Shown: positions 27,746 to 37,957, numbered from the stretch's first letter. The stretch is 58,091 nt of DNA from Verrucomicrobiota bacterium (GCA_025350905.1 JANXWY010000202.1:1-58091); one strand, 5' to 3'. Translations and numbers: made by a program. Notes: a model not told the origin generated them from the sequence alone.

Positions 27746-30700
27746 ATGCCGGAATGGGCTTTGGTCATCGTCTTGATGCTCGGCGTTCCCATCGCGGTGG
27801 GCGTCTGGTTGATCGTGCGCGTCGTTCAGTCTGGCCACCGGATTGAAGAACTTGCCCGCCGGGTCGGTGAACTGGAACGCGAGCTCTTCCGATTCAAACA
27901 GGAACGATCCTCGGCCTCGGTCACCCAACCCCTCGCACCGACCGAACCGCGCGCTGGAGCACCGTCACGCTCGGAGATTCTGCAGCCCATGCCGGAACCG
28001 CCCGCCGCCGGGCCGACGCTGGCGCCACCTATTCCGTCTCCGGCCAAACCTGTTCACACCCCTCCGCCCATTTCCAGTCCGCCAGCCACGTCCGGGCCCG
28101 TTCGGCCCTCGCCCTTGCCGCCGCCGTTGCCTCAGATCAACTGGGAACAATTCATGGGGGTGAAACTTTTCGCGTGGGTGGGCGGGCTGGCGCTGTTTCT
28201 CGGGGTGGCGTTCTTTGTGAAGTATTCCTTCGAACACGATCTCATTTCCCCGGAACTGCGCGTCGCGCTCGGATTCCTCACCGGCCTCGGCTTGTTGGTG
28301 GGCGGCGTGTTCCTGCATCGCCGGCAACAATACCGCGTCGGCGCCCAGACCCTGTGCGCGACGGGGGTGGTCATCCTCTACGCGGTCACGTTCGCGTGTC
28401 GCTCGATCTATCACTTCGAATTCTTCGGGCCGATTCCGACCTTCCTGCTGCTGGCGCTGATCACGACCACCGCGTTCCTGATCGCCGTCCGGCTCCAGGC
28501 GCTCGTGGTCGCCATCCTCGGCATGTTGGGTGGTTTCCTGACGCCGATCCTGCTTTCGACCGGCGTTGATAATCCGCTCGGGCTCTTCGGTTACATCGCC
28601 ATCCTCGACGCCGGCTTGATCGTGGTGGCGTTGCAGCGCCGCTGGTTTTTCCTTGCCACGCTCGGCGCCCTCGGGACCGTGTTCATGCAAATCGGCTGGG
28701 CGGACAAATTCTTTGAGACGGAAAAATATTTTGAAGGCAACAAAATCCTTGTCGCGTTGACGGTACTGCTGGGCTTCAACGCGCTTTATCTCGCCGCCGT
28801 TTGGTGGGCGAAGCGCCGCGCGCAAACCAATGGGTGGCTGTCGGGCGCGCAGCTCGGCCTCGCCGCCGTGGTGCTGGCTTTTACGGCGTGGTTTCTCAGC
28901 TTCCCGCCGCTGGCCGAGCGGCCGTGGCTCCTGTTTGGCTTTGTCTTCCTGATCGATTCCATCGTGGCCACTCTCGTGCTCCTGGACAAGAACGCCGCGC
29001 TCGCCCAACCGCTGGCCGGCCTCGCGGTCTTCGGGTTGCTCGCGGCCTGGACCGGCCACTCGCTGACCAATGATTTGCTCAACGCCGGCCTTACGTTTTA
29101 CCTCATCTTTGCCACCGTTCACACTGCGTTTCCGGTGCTCCTCCAAAAACAACTTGGCCCTACGGCCCCGCGGTGGGTTGGCAAACTGTTTCCGCCGCTC
29201 GCGCTCCTGCTGGTGCTGATCCCGATCTTCAAGCTCGCGGAACTTTCGTTTCTCGTCTGGCCGTTTGTGTTGCTCGTGGACGTGCTGGCCATCGGCGTCG
29301 CGGTGCTGACGGCCTCGTTACTGCCGGTGCTGGTGGTGATGGTGCTCACCCTCGCCGCCACCGGCGCCCTGATTTTCAAAATCCCGACGACGCTCACCGG
29401 GCTGCCCACTTCCTTCTTCCTGCTGGGTGCTTTCGCGATTTTCTTTGTCGCCATCAGCGTGTGGGCGGTGCGGAAGTTGAAACCTGATGCGTTCGCCCGG
29501 GGAATCCAGTTGAACGACGACTTCGCTCAATCGGAGAATCTGGCGGTGCTGCTGCCGGCATTCTCGGCGGCGCTGCCGTTCCTGCTGCTCATCATGGCCA
29601 CCTTGCGCCTGCCGCTCACGAATCCCGCGCCCGTCTTCGGCCTCGCGCTGTTGCTCGTCGTGCTCTTGCTCGGGCTTGCCAAAATGTTTTCATTCGCCTG
29701 GCTGCCCGCGGTCGCGCTGGTCTGTGTGACCGCGCTTGAATGTGCCTGGCACTTCAACCGCTTTGATCCCACCAGCGCATCGCAACCGTTGATGTGGTAT
29801 TTGATCTTCTTCGCCGTGTTCGCACTGTTTCCCTTCGCGTTCCTGAAGCAATTTGGCGCCAAAGTCATTCCCTGGGCGACCGCCGCACTGGTTGGGCTGC
29901 CGCAGTTCTTCCTGATACATTGCTTGGTGAAGGTCGCATATCCAAACGACGTCATGGGCCTGCTGCCGGCGGTGTTCGCGCTGCCGGCGCTGCTAAGCCT
30001 GGTGGTCTTGTTGAAAAAAAATCCCACCCCGAACCCGGCCCGGCTGACGCAACTCGCACTATTTGGCGGCGTGGCGTTGTTCTTTGTCACGCTGATCTTC
30101 CCGATCCAGTTCAGCAACCAGTGGATCACCCTTGGTTGGGCGTTGGAAGGCGCGGCTCTGCTGTGGCTGTTTCATCGCATTCCGCATCCGGGCCTGCGCC
30201 TCGTCGGGGTGGGATTGTTGGGGGCCGCCTTTGTCCGGCTCGCGCTCAACCCGGAGGTATTGAAATATCATTTGCGCAGCGCCACCCCGATTCTCAACTG
30301 GTATCTCTACACCTACGGCGCTGTGATGGCGTGCCTGTTCGTAGGGGCGCGCCTGCTCGCGCCGCCGCGCCATCTGGTTTTGAAAACGAACGTGCCGCCC
30401 CTGCTCATCGGGCTTGGCACCGTGCTGGCATTTTGGTTGTTGAACATTGAGATCGCCGATTACTTCAGCCCGCCCGGGGCGCCCCTGACGTTTCAATTCG
30501 AGGGCAACTTCGCGCGGGACATGACGTATTCGATTGCCTGGGCGCTGTTCGCACTGGTGTTGCTGGTGATTGGCATCGCCCGAAAAATTCCCGTGGCCCG
30601 GTACGCGGCCCTAGGATTATTGAGCATGACGTTGCTCAAATTGTTTTTCCATGACCTCGCGCAGCTCGGCCAGCTGTACCGCGTCGGGGCCTTGATCGGG

Positions 30701-30796
30701 GTGGCGGTGATCGCGATGCTGGCGTCGTTCGCCTACCAACGCTTCTACGCCGCGAGCAACCGGGAGAAGGACGTGAAAGATGAATCAGTTCAGTAA
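27746..30796 (+). CDS. DUF2339-type large polytopic membrane protein
   Basis: It has an N-terminal TM segment, a coiled segment, a Pro-rich linker and then about 25 or more hydrophobic helices. The helical part begins WEQFMGVKLFAWVGGLALFLGVAFFVKYSFEH, the usual DUF2339 layout. Confidence 0.8.
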   Translation: MPEWALVIVLMLGVPIAVGVWLIVRVVQSGHRIEELARRVGELERELFRFKQERSSASVTQPLAPTEPRAGAPSRSEILQPMPEPPAAGPTLAPPIPSPAKPVHTPPPISSPPATSGPVRPSPLPPPLPQINWEQFMGVKLFAWVGGLALFLGVAFFVKYSFEHDLISPELRVALGFLTGLGLLVGGVFLHRRQQYRVGAQTLCATGVVILYAVTFACRSIYHFEFFGPIPTFLLLALITTTAFLIAVRLQALVVAILGMLGGFLTPILLSTGVDNPLGLFGYIAILDAGLIVVALQRRWFFLATLGALGTVFMQIGWADKFFETEKYFEGNKILVALTVLLGFNALYLAAVWWAKRRAQTNGWLSGAQLGLAAVVLAFTAWFLSFPPLAERPWLLFGFVFLIDSIVATLVLLDKNAALAQPLAGLAVFGLLAAWTGHSLTNDLLNAGLTFYLIFATVHTAFPVLLQKQLGPTAPRWVGKLFPPLALLLVLIPIFKLAELSFLVWPFVLLVDVLAIGVAVLTASLLPVLVVMVLTLAATGALIFKIPTTLTGLPTSFFLLGAFAIFFVAISVWAVRKLKPDAFARGIQLNDDFAQSENLAVLLPAFSAALPFLLLIMATLRLPLTNPAPVFGLALLLVVLLLGLAKMFSFAWLPAVALVCVTALECAWHFNRFDPTSASQPLMWYLIFFAVFALFPFAFLKQFGAKVIPWATAALVGLPQFFLIHCLVKVAYPNDVMGLLPAVFALPALLSLVVLLKKNPTPNPARLTQLALFGGVALFFVTLIFPIQFSNQWITLGWALEGAALLWLFHRIPHPGLRLVGVGLLGAAFVRLALNPEVLKYHLRSATPILNWYLYTYGAVMACLFVGARLLAPPRHLVLKTNVPPLLIGLGTVLAFWLLNIEIADYFSPPGAPLTFQFEGNFARDMTYSIAWALFALVLLVIGIARKIPVARYAALGLLSMTLLKLFFHDLAQLGQLYRVGALIGVAVIAMLASFAYQRFYAASNREKDVKDESVQ

Positions 30797-30840
30797 GTGA
30801 TCAAGTACGGATCTGGGGCTACGGTTTGTGGAACCGTCCT

Positions 30841-30880
30841 CCCTCACCCCGGCCCTCTTCCCCTCCGCGGGGGGAGAATC
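30841..30880 (+). repeat. GC-rich hairpin repeat (CCCTC..CCCTCT.CCC..GGGGAGA family), copy 1
   Basis: The sequence is ccctcaccccggccctcttcccctccgcggggggagaatc. It resembles the copies at 37479-37521 (opposite strand) and 44724-44765. Confidence 0.5.
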
Positions 30881-31060
30881 GCTCCGCGGCGACGAAGGCT
30901 GGGTCCCAACTGTGTCGCCTATCCCAGAGTTTTATCAGTAATCCGGGTACGAATCATCGGCAGGGCCGTTGCCGGCAACGGACTGCATTCAAAGACGCGC
31001 CCGGTCCAGGGTCGGATTGACTTCCAACTCGGTTGTTCGATACTTCGCGCGCACCACGAC

Positions 31061-31600
31061 ATGAAAACGATTTTGATCTTAGCCTTCCTCGCCCAAAGCT
31101 TGACGGTGGATGCGGCGGAAACCAATAGTCCCGCGCCGACGACCGACCGGGTCGGCTTCCCGAAGGATTACGCGAAGAGCTACGACGTGCTGCGCACGGT
31201 TTCGCGCGACGAAGGGAAGAAGCTCGTGACCGTTTACGGCAACCGCGCCGCGGCTTCCGTGACGAATCAGGCCGGCCTGCCCTATCCCAATGGCTCGGTC
31301 CTCGTCATGGAAACCGCGAGCACGGTGAAAGACGCCGCCGGCCAGCCGGCCAAGGATACCGCCGGAAAGTTGGTGAAGGAAAACGTGCTTGGCCTCCACG
31401 TCATGCGCCGGGCAAAGGACTTTGGCGTGGCCTACGCCGGAAAACGAAGCGGTGAATGGGAGTTCGTCGAGTATCGCGCCGACGGCACCTACCTCACACC
31501 GCCGGAAAAGTCCGCCGGCTGCGCGGAATGCCACATCAAAGCGGGGGCCGAAAAAGATTTCGTCTACAACGGACGATTTGCTGACTCCGGAAAGAAATAA
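31061..31600 (+). CDS. cytochrome P460-like haem protein
   Basis: ATG at 31061 with signal MKTILILAFLAQSLTVDA. A single CxxCH (GCAECH) lies near the C-terminus and the protein is about 180 aa, as in the cytochrome P460 family. Confidence 0.6.
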   Translation: MKTILILAFLAQSLTVDAAETNSPAPTTDRVGFPKDYAKSYDVLRTVSRDEGKKLVTVYGNRAAASVTNQAGLPYPNGSVLVMETASTVKDAAGQPAKDTAGKLVKENVLGLHVMRRAKDFGVAYAGKRSGEWEFVEYRADGTYLTPPEKSAGCAECHIKAGAEKDFVYNGRFADSGKK

Positions 31601-31767
31601 CCCCGGTGCTTGGTCGCACCGCCCAAAGAGGCCAGTCCATACCAATGCGATCGAGGCACGGTCCGGTAAATTGATCGCGTTGATGGCGGCCCTCGTTTGA
31701 ACCCGCTACAACCACTCGGGTCACCCGTGCAGTCGGGGCGTAACCCGAGATGGGCAAAGCCTTGAAT

Positions 31768-34590
31768 TCAGAACGGGCAGTCGTCGGGATGATTCAGCAA
31801 TTCCTTCATCACGCGGGTCAAGGCCTGGGCGTCGGCGGCGGGCTGGTTGATGAAATCGTGGAGAACCACAACCGGCGCGCCCCAAACGGCGGCGAGCGGC
31901 GGCGATACCACGTCGCTCAGGGAACCTGGTTCGGGCAGCCGCGCTTCCCCGGCCAGTGCGCGGCTCAGTGCCAGCGCCGCGTCGAGGAGCGGCAGGCGGG
32001 CCTCCTCACCCATGCCACCGTCCGCGAGCAGGCCGGCCATCTTCAGTTTGCGGGCGGCCAAGTCACGGTGGGCCTGCACCCGGGCACGCTCTTGCGCGTT
32101 CAACGGCAAAGGTGTTTCGGCAAGCGGATGCAGCGGGCGGGCGGCGCGGCTGATGGGCGCAATCAATCCGGCGGCAATCAGTCGCTCCAAGGCTTCCTGC
32201 GTCGCGCGATCCAAAACTTCGAGCCGCACCGGCGCAACGGATTCCAGGTCGGCGCACAATTCGGCGTGCAAGGCTTCCAGGCGCGGGCGATGCAACGCCG
32301 CCTGACTTTCGACCACGACGTAAAGCACCGAATGGGCACCTTCGCGGGGAAAGCGTTCCTCGCACGTGAGCAGGGAGGCTCCGAGTTGACGACCGGCTTC
32401 CTCGGCAAAAGCGCGCGGGCGGTCCACCGGCTTCGCTAATTTCAAATCTGAAATCTCCGCTTTAGGATTGCCGTCGGCAGTTGGCTTGGGCGCTTCGCCC
32501 ACGAGCTGGTTGAGTTTGCTTAGGAACGCCTGGCGTCCGCTGCGCAACGGGATCGCACTCAGGTCGCCGCGCTGATCGAGCACACCATCGGCCAGGGCCT
32601 GCTTGTTTGCCAGCGTTTCCAACATGCGATGCTCGATCGTGTTTTCCGCGACGAGATTAATGACCGTGACGGGGCGGGTCTGGTGCTTGCGCCAGGCGCG
32701 AGCGATGCGTTGTTCGAGCTTGGCCGGATTCCACGGCAGATCGCAATTCACCACCACGCTGGCGTTTTGAAGGTTCAGGCCGGTCGAACCCGAATCGGTG
32801 CTGAGAAACACCCGGCACTGCGGGTCGCTCTTGAAGGCGTTGATTTCCGCGCGCCGCTTTTGTTGCGGCACCGAACCCGTGTGCCACGCGAAACCCAGCT
32901 TGAGCCTCCGGCACAGGTCGCGCACCAGTTCGAGCATCTTTTCCCATTCGGAAAACACGATCACCTTCACGCCTTCATTCTCGCGGCACTCTTCGAGCAC
33001 TTTCTCCAACTCGGCGAGCTTGGGACAATCCCGCACCTTCGGGTCGAGAATGTAGGTCGTATCGCAAATCATCCGCATCATCGCCAGGTTCATCATGAGC
33101 CGCTCCGACTCCTGTTGCGTGAGCGGACGGCGCCGGGCGAGGGCCGCCAGCCGCGACACGACCTCGTTGCGTTCATCGTAGGCGACTTGCTGCTTCGGGG
33201 TGAGCTTCACGAAATGCTGGCGGTCGGTGCGGTCGGGCAGTTCGGTTTCCACATCGCACTTGCGGCGGCGCAGCATGTAGGGCGCGATGCGTTCGTGGAG
33301 CCGGGCCAGCTCCCGGTAGCCCGCCGGACGACCGCGTTCGTCGAACTGATAAAAGTCGCGATTGAAACGGAACAGCGGTCCGAGCGCGCGGGGTTCGAGG
33401 AAATCCATCAGCGAATAAATTTCGTCAATCCGATTCTCGATGGGCGTGCCGGTCAGAATAAACGCGTACCGGCTCTTCAGCCGCTTGATGGCCTGTGCCG
33501 TTTGCGTGTTCCAATTCTTGATGCGCTGGGCTTCGTCGAGCACCACCACGTCCGGACGGAACCGAGCGTTCACTTCCAGCGCGTCGCGGATCATCTGCTC
33601 GTAGTTGACGACGGTAAAGAAAGTGCCCGCCGCGTAGGCTTCGCGCCGGGCAGCCAACCCGCCGAAGACCAGCCGTGTCGGCAAATCGGTGAACTGCCGG
33701 ATTTGTTCCTCCCACTCACCCTTGAGCGACGCGGGCGTGACGACGAGCACGCGTTCCGCCCGGCCGAGCCGCCGCAGCAACGCGCACGCGGCGATGGCCT
33801 GGATGGTTTTGCCGAGGCCCATTTCATCGGCCAGCAAGGCGCGTTCGGTGAAGGCCAGGTGCAACATGCCCTCGCGCTGGTAGGGGAACAGCGGCACGCG
33901 AGTTTCATGCGCCGGCCATTCGCCGCCGTGAACCTTCAACTCGTATTCGCGGCGCAACTCTTTCCGCTCAACTTGATGCCGCCGCGCTTCGAGCCACGGA
34001 GCGATTTCCTGCGACAGCCGCACCTCCGGCCGATCGGCCGCGCGCAGTTTCTCCAACGCCGCCAAAGCCTCCTCCGGTGGTGCGCCCGTCAAACGTCCAT
34101 CCGCAGCGAACCACTTCCGCACCGCGGCCGGCAGTCGCCCCAACCCGCGCTCGACCCGCAAGGTGTTCGCCGCGTCATCCGGCACGACATCCACGCGCGG
34201 CGAACCCTCCTTGACCGCTTGCGCGAACAAACGCTTGAGCCGCGCCGCCAGCTGGAGCAGGACCGCCTCCACATGCTTGCAAGTGCCGAGGCCGTTCTTG
34301 CGGAAATCCTGGCAGGTGCAGGCGAACTGCCGCCCGGTCACGTCGCGCAGCTCGACCGTGTACGTCAGGCCGCTGCCCGAACCGACGGCGAAGGTGGAGA
34401 ACACCGGAAACCGCGTGTCGGCGTTGCGGATAACGAACGATCCTTCGCGCGCCCGCAACCGGCGGCGATTGATCTCATCTTCGTCCGTGGTCCGCCAGTC
34501 GTGCGCGGGTGGCAGCGAGATTTCGGATCCGGCGGATTTGGCGGCGCGGGCGGAGGACTTTGTCTTGGGCTTTGCGGTGGACGATGACAT
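31768..34590 (-). CDS. SWIM zinc-finger SNF2-family ATPase/helicase with uncharacterised C-terminal tail
   Basis: SWIM motif CTCQDFRKNGLGTCKH. SNF2 motifs are LADEMGLGKTIQAIA, VVLDEAQRIKN and FLSTDSGSTGLNLQNASVVVNCDLPWNPAKLEQRIARAWR. The last about 270 aa carry no motif I recognise. Confidence 0.88.
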   Translation of the reverse strand: MSSSTAKPKTKSSARAAKSAGSEISLPPAHDWRTTDEDEINRRRLRAREGSFVIRNADTRFPVFSTFAVGSGSGLTYTVELRDVTGRQFACTCQDFRKNGLGTCKHVEAVLLQLAARLKRLFAQAVKEGSPRVDVVPDDAANTLRVERGLGRLPAAVRKWFAADGRLTGAPPEEALAALEKLRAADRPEVRLSQEIAPWLEARRHQVERKELRREYELKVHGGEWPAHETRVPLFPYQREGMLHLAFTERALLADEMGLGKTIQAIAACALLRRLGRAERVLVVTPASLKGEWEEQIRQFTDLPTRLVFGGLAARREAYAAGTFFTVVNYEQMIRDALEVNARFRPDVVVLDEAQRIKNWNTQTAQAIKRLKSRYAFILTGTPIENRIDEIYSLMDFLEPRALGPLFRFNRDFYQFDERGRPAGYRELARLHERIAPYMLRRRKCDVETELPDRTDRQHFVKLTPKQQVAYDERNEVVSRLAALARRRPLTQQESERLMMNLAMMRMICDTTYILDPKVRDCPKLAELEKVLEECRENEGVKVIVFSEWEKMLELVRDLCRRLKLGFAWHTGSVPQQKRRAEINAFKSDPQCRVFLSTDSGSTGLNLQNASVVVNCDLPWNPAKLEQRIARAWRKHQTRPVTVINLVAENTIEHRMLETLANKQALADGVLDQRGDLSAIPLRSGRQAFLSKLNQLVGEAPKPTADGNPKAEISDLKLAKPVDRPRAFAEEAGRQLGASLLTCEERFPREGAHSVLYVVVESQAALHRPRLEALHAELCADLESVAPVRLEVLDRATQEALERLIAAGLIAPISRAARPLHPLAETPLPLNAQERARVQAHRDLAARKLKMAGLLADGGMGEEARLPLLDAALALSRALAGEARLPEPGSLSDVVSPPLAAVWGAPVVVLHDFINQPAADAQALTRVMKELLNHPDDCPF

Positions 34591-34674
34591 GCAAAAAGAT
34601 TGGCGGAGATTTTACCGCCCGGCAATGGAGGAGTTTATTCGCGGCACCGGGGAGCCAACGAGGCGGAATCGCCG

Positions 34675-35943
34675 TCACGGCCCGCAACACTTTTTGTATT
34701 TCTTCCCGCTGCCGCACGGGCAGGGTTCATTGCGCCCGACTTTCGGTCCGGTGCGAACGGGTTGAGGCAAGATCGTGGGCGGCAGGGTCGCATCATCTCG
34801 CGCCAGGTCAGCGAGTCGGCTGGCCTTGGCTCCCGGCTCGTGTTTGAAACATTGCCACCAGCCGGTGGCTTCGGCCACGTCCGCGATGGGCGGATGCCAT
34901 TCGCGCTGTTGCGCGATCCACTTACCGCGCGGGCCGGACTCAACTTCAGCCAGATTCTTCAAGGAAACGAATCCGTTTTCAATCAACCCTGCCTCATAGG
35001 CACGGCGTAGTTCCGGAAAAACCCGCAGCGCTTCGAGGTCCAAGCAGGCCGCGGCCAAATTGTTCCAGACATGGTTGAACTCCCGCTCCAGTCCTTCGCG
35101 CGCCAGCCAGAGAAAGTAGTCCTCCACCGATTCGCGCGGCACTTCGGCCCAGACGGCCAGCAAAGCCAGCGATTGCACGGCCTGACCGCGGCCGTACTCA
35201 TTGGCCGCGCGGTTCAGAATGAGCTGCTTGATTGGTTCCAAATCACCGTCGAACACCGAGGCGAGCAATCGGTGTCCGTCATCCGTCACCGTGTCGCCGC
35301 CCAGCTCGAACGCGCCTTCGCCGGGCAACGAAAGCCAGCGGATGAAATAGGGGTAAGCCCGCGGCTCCCGCCATTTCGCCAGCAGATACGTGGCGTAGCT
35401 GAACAACAAACCTTCGCCTTCCGGCAATCCGGAGGGATTGGCCAGGCCGCGTTCGAGGGCGTGCAGCAAGGGCTCGACCAACGCGGCCCGATGGGCGTCG
35501 GCGCTCGCCAGCGCCTCGAGCGGCTGGCGGTCCCGCACCACGGCCAGCTCGGCGAGAATCTGTTCGGGCGACCGCGTGGGAGCCGGGCGCCGGATCGGCT
35601 CATGAGTGAAGCGATCCACGTTCGCCCAGTAGGGACAACGCGGACACGTCCGCCCCATGGGATAATCAATTCCCTCCTCGTGCGGACAGCCAAGGATGCG
35701 GTCGGAGGCGATCGCATCCTTGACGCCGTGGCGCTTGAAGAACTCCGCGATCTCACGGGCAATCGTGGGATCATGCCGGATCTCGCCGTCGCTGATGAGC
35801 CACCGATGCAAAATATTTTCTTTTTGAGGATTTGCGCTTTGGATGACGGTCGCCACGAGTTTGGTGGCGCGGGTGTTGTCCGGCCCGTGAGCGATCAATG
35901 TCCCCGCCGGATATTGGGTTCGTTTTGGCTGGGATGGTTTCAT
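34675..35943 (-). CDS. DUF1186-like protein with C-terminal SEC-C zinc-binding motif
   Basis: The C-terminus is [22 protein letters not shown] (SEC-C motif). The N-terminal module has GCPHEEG...CPRCPYW and the middle is helical (DUF1186-like by recollection). ATG at 35943. Confidence 0.7.
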   Translation of the reverse strand: MKPSQPKRTQYPAGTLIAHGPDNTRATKLVATVIQSANPQKENILHRWLISDGEIRHDPTIAREIAEFFKRHGVKDAIASDRILGCPHEEGIDYPMGRTCPRCPYWANVDRFTHEPIRRPAPTRSPEQILAELAVVRDRQPLEALASADAHRAALVEPLLHALERGLANPSGLPEGEGLLFSYATYLLAKWREPRAYPYFIRWLSLPGEGAFELGGDTVTDDGHRLLASVFDGDLEPIKQLILNRAANEYGRGQAVQSLALLAVWAEVPRESVEDYFLWLAREGLEREFNHVWNNLAAACLDLEALRVFPELRRAYEAGLIENGFVSLKNLAEVESGPRGKWIAQQREWHPPIADVAEATGWWQCFKHEPGAKASRLADLARDDATLPPTILPQPVRTGPKVGRNEPCPCGSGKKYKKCCGP

Positions 35944-35997
35944 GATCTGGAATCGGCGATGAAAGGTGGTGCTGCGTTCCTTTTAGGATGACCCGCC

Positions 35998-37245
35998 TCA
36001 CCGGACGCGGTTGAAGTCCTGTTCCATGCTCTGCCGCGCGGCATTCAACTCGGCCAGTTCCCGCTCGTGATGCACCGGAATTCCCAGTTCCTTGGCCACG
36101 CGGGACAACATCGCCGCCACCCGCGAACGCTGCACGCGGATCGTCTCGGGTCGGTGGCCCGACGTCGTCAGCGCCTTTGACAGGACCAGCCCCAAAGTTG
36201 CCGCGCCATCGCGGTCGTTGATTTCGCTCAGGTGCAACCCGCCGATGAAACCCGACGCACGATCCACGGCCATCGCCAGCTTGGGGAAGCGTGGGCGGTC
36301 GTCACCGGCGACCGCCATGGTCGAGTACGTCACGTCCAGTTCCAGATGAAACCCTTTCGCCGGGGGAAGTTTCCGCAGCCGCGTCCAAGTCTGCTCATCG
36401 AAGGTAACGAGCTCGGGCAGCGGCTCGGGCGGGGGAATCATGGGATGCCAGTCGAGTTGCTCGCGGCGTAGTTCACCGAGCATCGGATCGAAATCGCCGG
36501 GGAGAAAGGCGACTTCGCCATCCAGATGTTGCGCCCAAACTTCGGGTTGTGCGCGCACCAGCCGGGCGACCGCGGCCACGCGGGGCAGCGCAAACAGCAG
36601 TGCGTCCGCCTCCGCCTGCGTCACGTGCCAGGGAAAACCGCCCGGCACGAGACTGCGAAATATCGGCCAGACACTCCCGCGCTTGACGACGGGCACATAA
36701 CCGGCGGCCGCCAGCACGCCGCGATCTTCCGGCCACAATTCGCGCTTCCGCGTGAACTCCACTTTCACCAAGTCCTGGTCAAAGGCGGTCTCCTCCTGCT
36801 CCAACCCACCCGGCTTGCCATCGTTTAAAATGGTGTTCAACAACCAGCGATGCCCGGTGTCGCGGCGATAAACCAGCAGCGCGAACACCGTCCGCAACCG
36901 GCCCAGAATTGAAGCCAGCAAGACTTCCTTGGTGACCGGATGCCGCAGCCCGACCAGGTGCGAATCGTGCATCCACACCCACGGCGCGAGGCGGTTGAAC
37001 TCGTCCGCCGCCACGACCAGCGCCTTCCAGGTTTCGGGTAAGACTTGGGGAACAGCGGGTTGATCGGCGCGGCGTTTCGTGGTTGGCTCAGGCACGCCGC
37101 CATTGGAGCCGGAAACCGCGGCGTTGCCAACTCCGGAAAGCACCGTATGCCCTCGCGGGAGCCAGGCCGTTTGAACACGATCCGACGCTGATCGCGCGGC
37201 TGACCAAGGGGACGTTTTGAAATCGGCGCGCTCGAATAAATTCAA
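35998..37245 (-). CDS. hypothetical protein (unknown function)
   Basis: 415-aa ORF on the same strand, ending 54 nt upstream of the SEC-C protein gene. The track start is TTG at 37245, so the true start may lie further inside; the conserved-looking part begins about LPETWKALVVAADEFNRLAPWVW. I recognise no motif. Confidence 0.6.
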   Translation of the reverse strand: MNLFERADFKTSPWSAARSASDRVQTAWLPRGHTVLSGVGNAAVSGSNGGVPEPTTKRRADQPAVPQVLPETWKALVVAADEFNRLAPWVWMHDSHLVGLRHPVTKEVLLASILGRLRTVFALLVYRRDTGHRWLLNTILNDGKPGGLEQEETAFDQDLVKVEFTRKRELWPEDRGVLAAAGYVPVVKRGSVWPIFRSLVPGGFPWHVTQAEADALLFALPRVAAVARLVRAQPEVWAQHLDGEVAFLPGDFDPMLGELRREQLDWHPMIPPPEPLPELVTFDEQTWTRLRKLPPAKGFHLELDVTYSTMAVAGDDRPRFPKLAMAVDRASGFIGGLHLSEINDRDGAATLGLVLSKALTTSGHRPETIRVQRSRVAAMLSRVAKELGIPVHHERELAELNAARQSMEQDFNRVR

Positions 37246-37490
37246 AGCGAACGCGTCACTTCGATCACCTTGGGCTGGGCCTGCTGAAAAAGCTCCCGAA
37301 TCTCCGGCACGTCCGGCACGCGGGCGCGAGTGAATGCCGTGCCGAGTTGGTCGGCGGAGATCGTTTCCTGTTGAAGCAGAAACCGGATATGGGCCAGGTC
37401 GTTTTCATCAGCGTAACACGCAGGACAGGCGCGAGTCGAGTTTTCACCCTCGCCGCCTCGACCGGGAGCGTCCGACGCCACCCTCGCCAA
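37242..37490 (-). CDS. small hypothetical ORF (doubtful)
   Basis: 82 codons with a TTG start and no internal ATG. The N-terminus overlaps a GC-rich hairpin repeat. The stop overlaps the next ORF's start (TTGA). It contains CPAC. It may be non-coding. Confidence 0.25.
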   Translation of the reverse strand: MARVASDAPGRGGEGENSTRACPACYADENDLAHIRFLLQQETISADQLGTAFTRARVPDVPEIRELFQQAQPKVIEVTRSL

Positions 37491-37521
37491 TCGGATGGGA
37501 GAGGGGCTGGGGGTGAGGGCG
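37479..37521 (-). repeat. GC-rich hairpin repeat, copy 2 (opposite orientation)
   Basis: The reverse complement cgccctcacccccagcccctctcccatccgattggcgagggtg aligns with copy 3 (44724-44765) at roughly 75% by eye. Confidence 0.5.
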
Positions 37522-37579
37522 TAGGCTGAGGTTTCGAAAAAGTTTTAGCCACGGATTCGCACTGATGAGCACGGATAAC

Positions 37580-37667
37580 GTAGGACAGGCGACCCGCCTG
37601 TCTGGGCCAAGGGGGAATGAACGGCTTGAGTCCGCTCCGCGATGAGCAGGCGAGACGCCCGCCCTAC
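37580..37667. repeat. inverted pair of 22-23-nt GC-rich hairpin units
   Basis: GTAGGACAGGCGACCCGCCTGTC (37580-37602) is itself an 8-bp hairpin, GACAGGCG-ACC-CGCCTGTC. GCAGGCGAGACGCCCGCCCTAC (37646-37667) is a diverged copy in inverted orientation. Confidence 0.5.
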
Positions 37668-37957
37668 TTTTGATTGTAGTGCGCCACCGGTCGGCGTAGT
37701 CTAACCGCGTAAGTCAAAACAAAACGACCAGAAACTTTTTACCAAACAACTCTGCGTAGCTTCGGCTACGGGCTGACCCGAAAACCGCGAATTTTCCAAG
37801 CCCGTGAAAGAACCGACCGAAGCCGTGCCCAATCGGGCGCGGCTTGGCGTTGCTTCTTTCACAGGCGCTTCGCGGTGCCTCGGGTCAGGGCGCGTTAGGT
37901 TCGCGCCCCTTCTATTCGTAGATTTCCCGTGGTTGATCTGCTCGCGAGCAGCCAGCC

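Noticed and set aside
30797-31060. The N-terminal 88 codons of ORF 30797-31600 precede the cytochrome P460-like domain.
   Set aside because: This segment covers a GC-rich hairpin repeat and has no signal peptide. The ATG at 31061 gives a canonical signal sequence.
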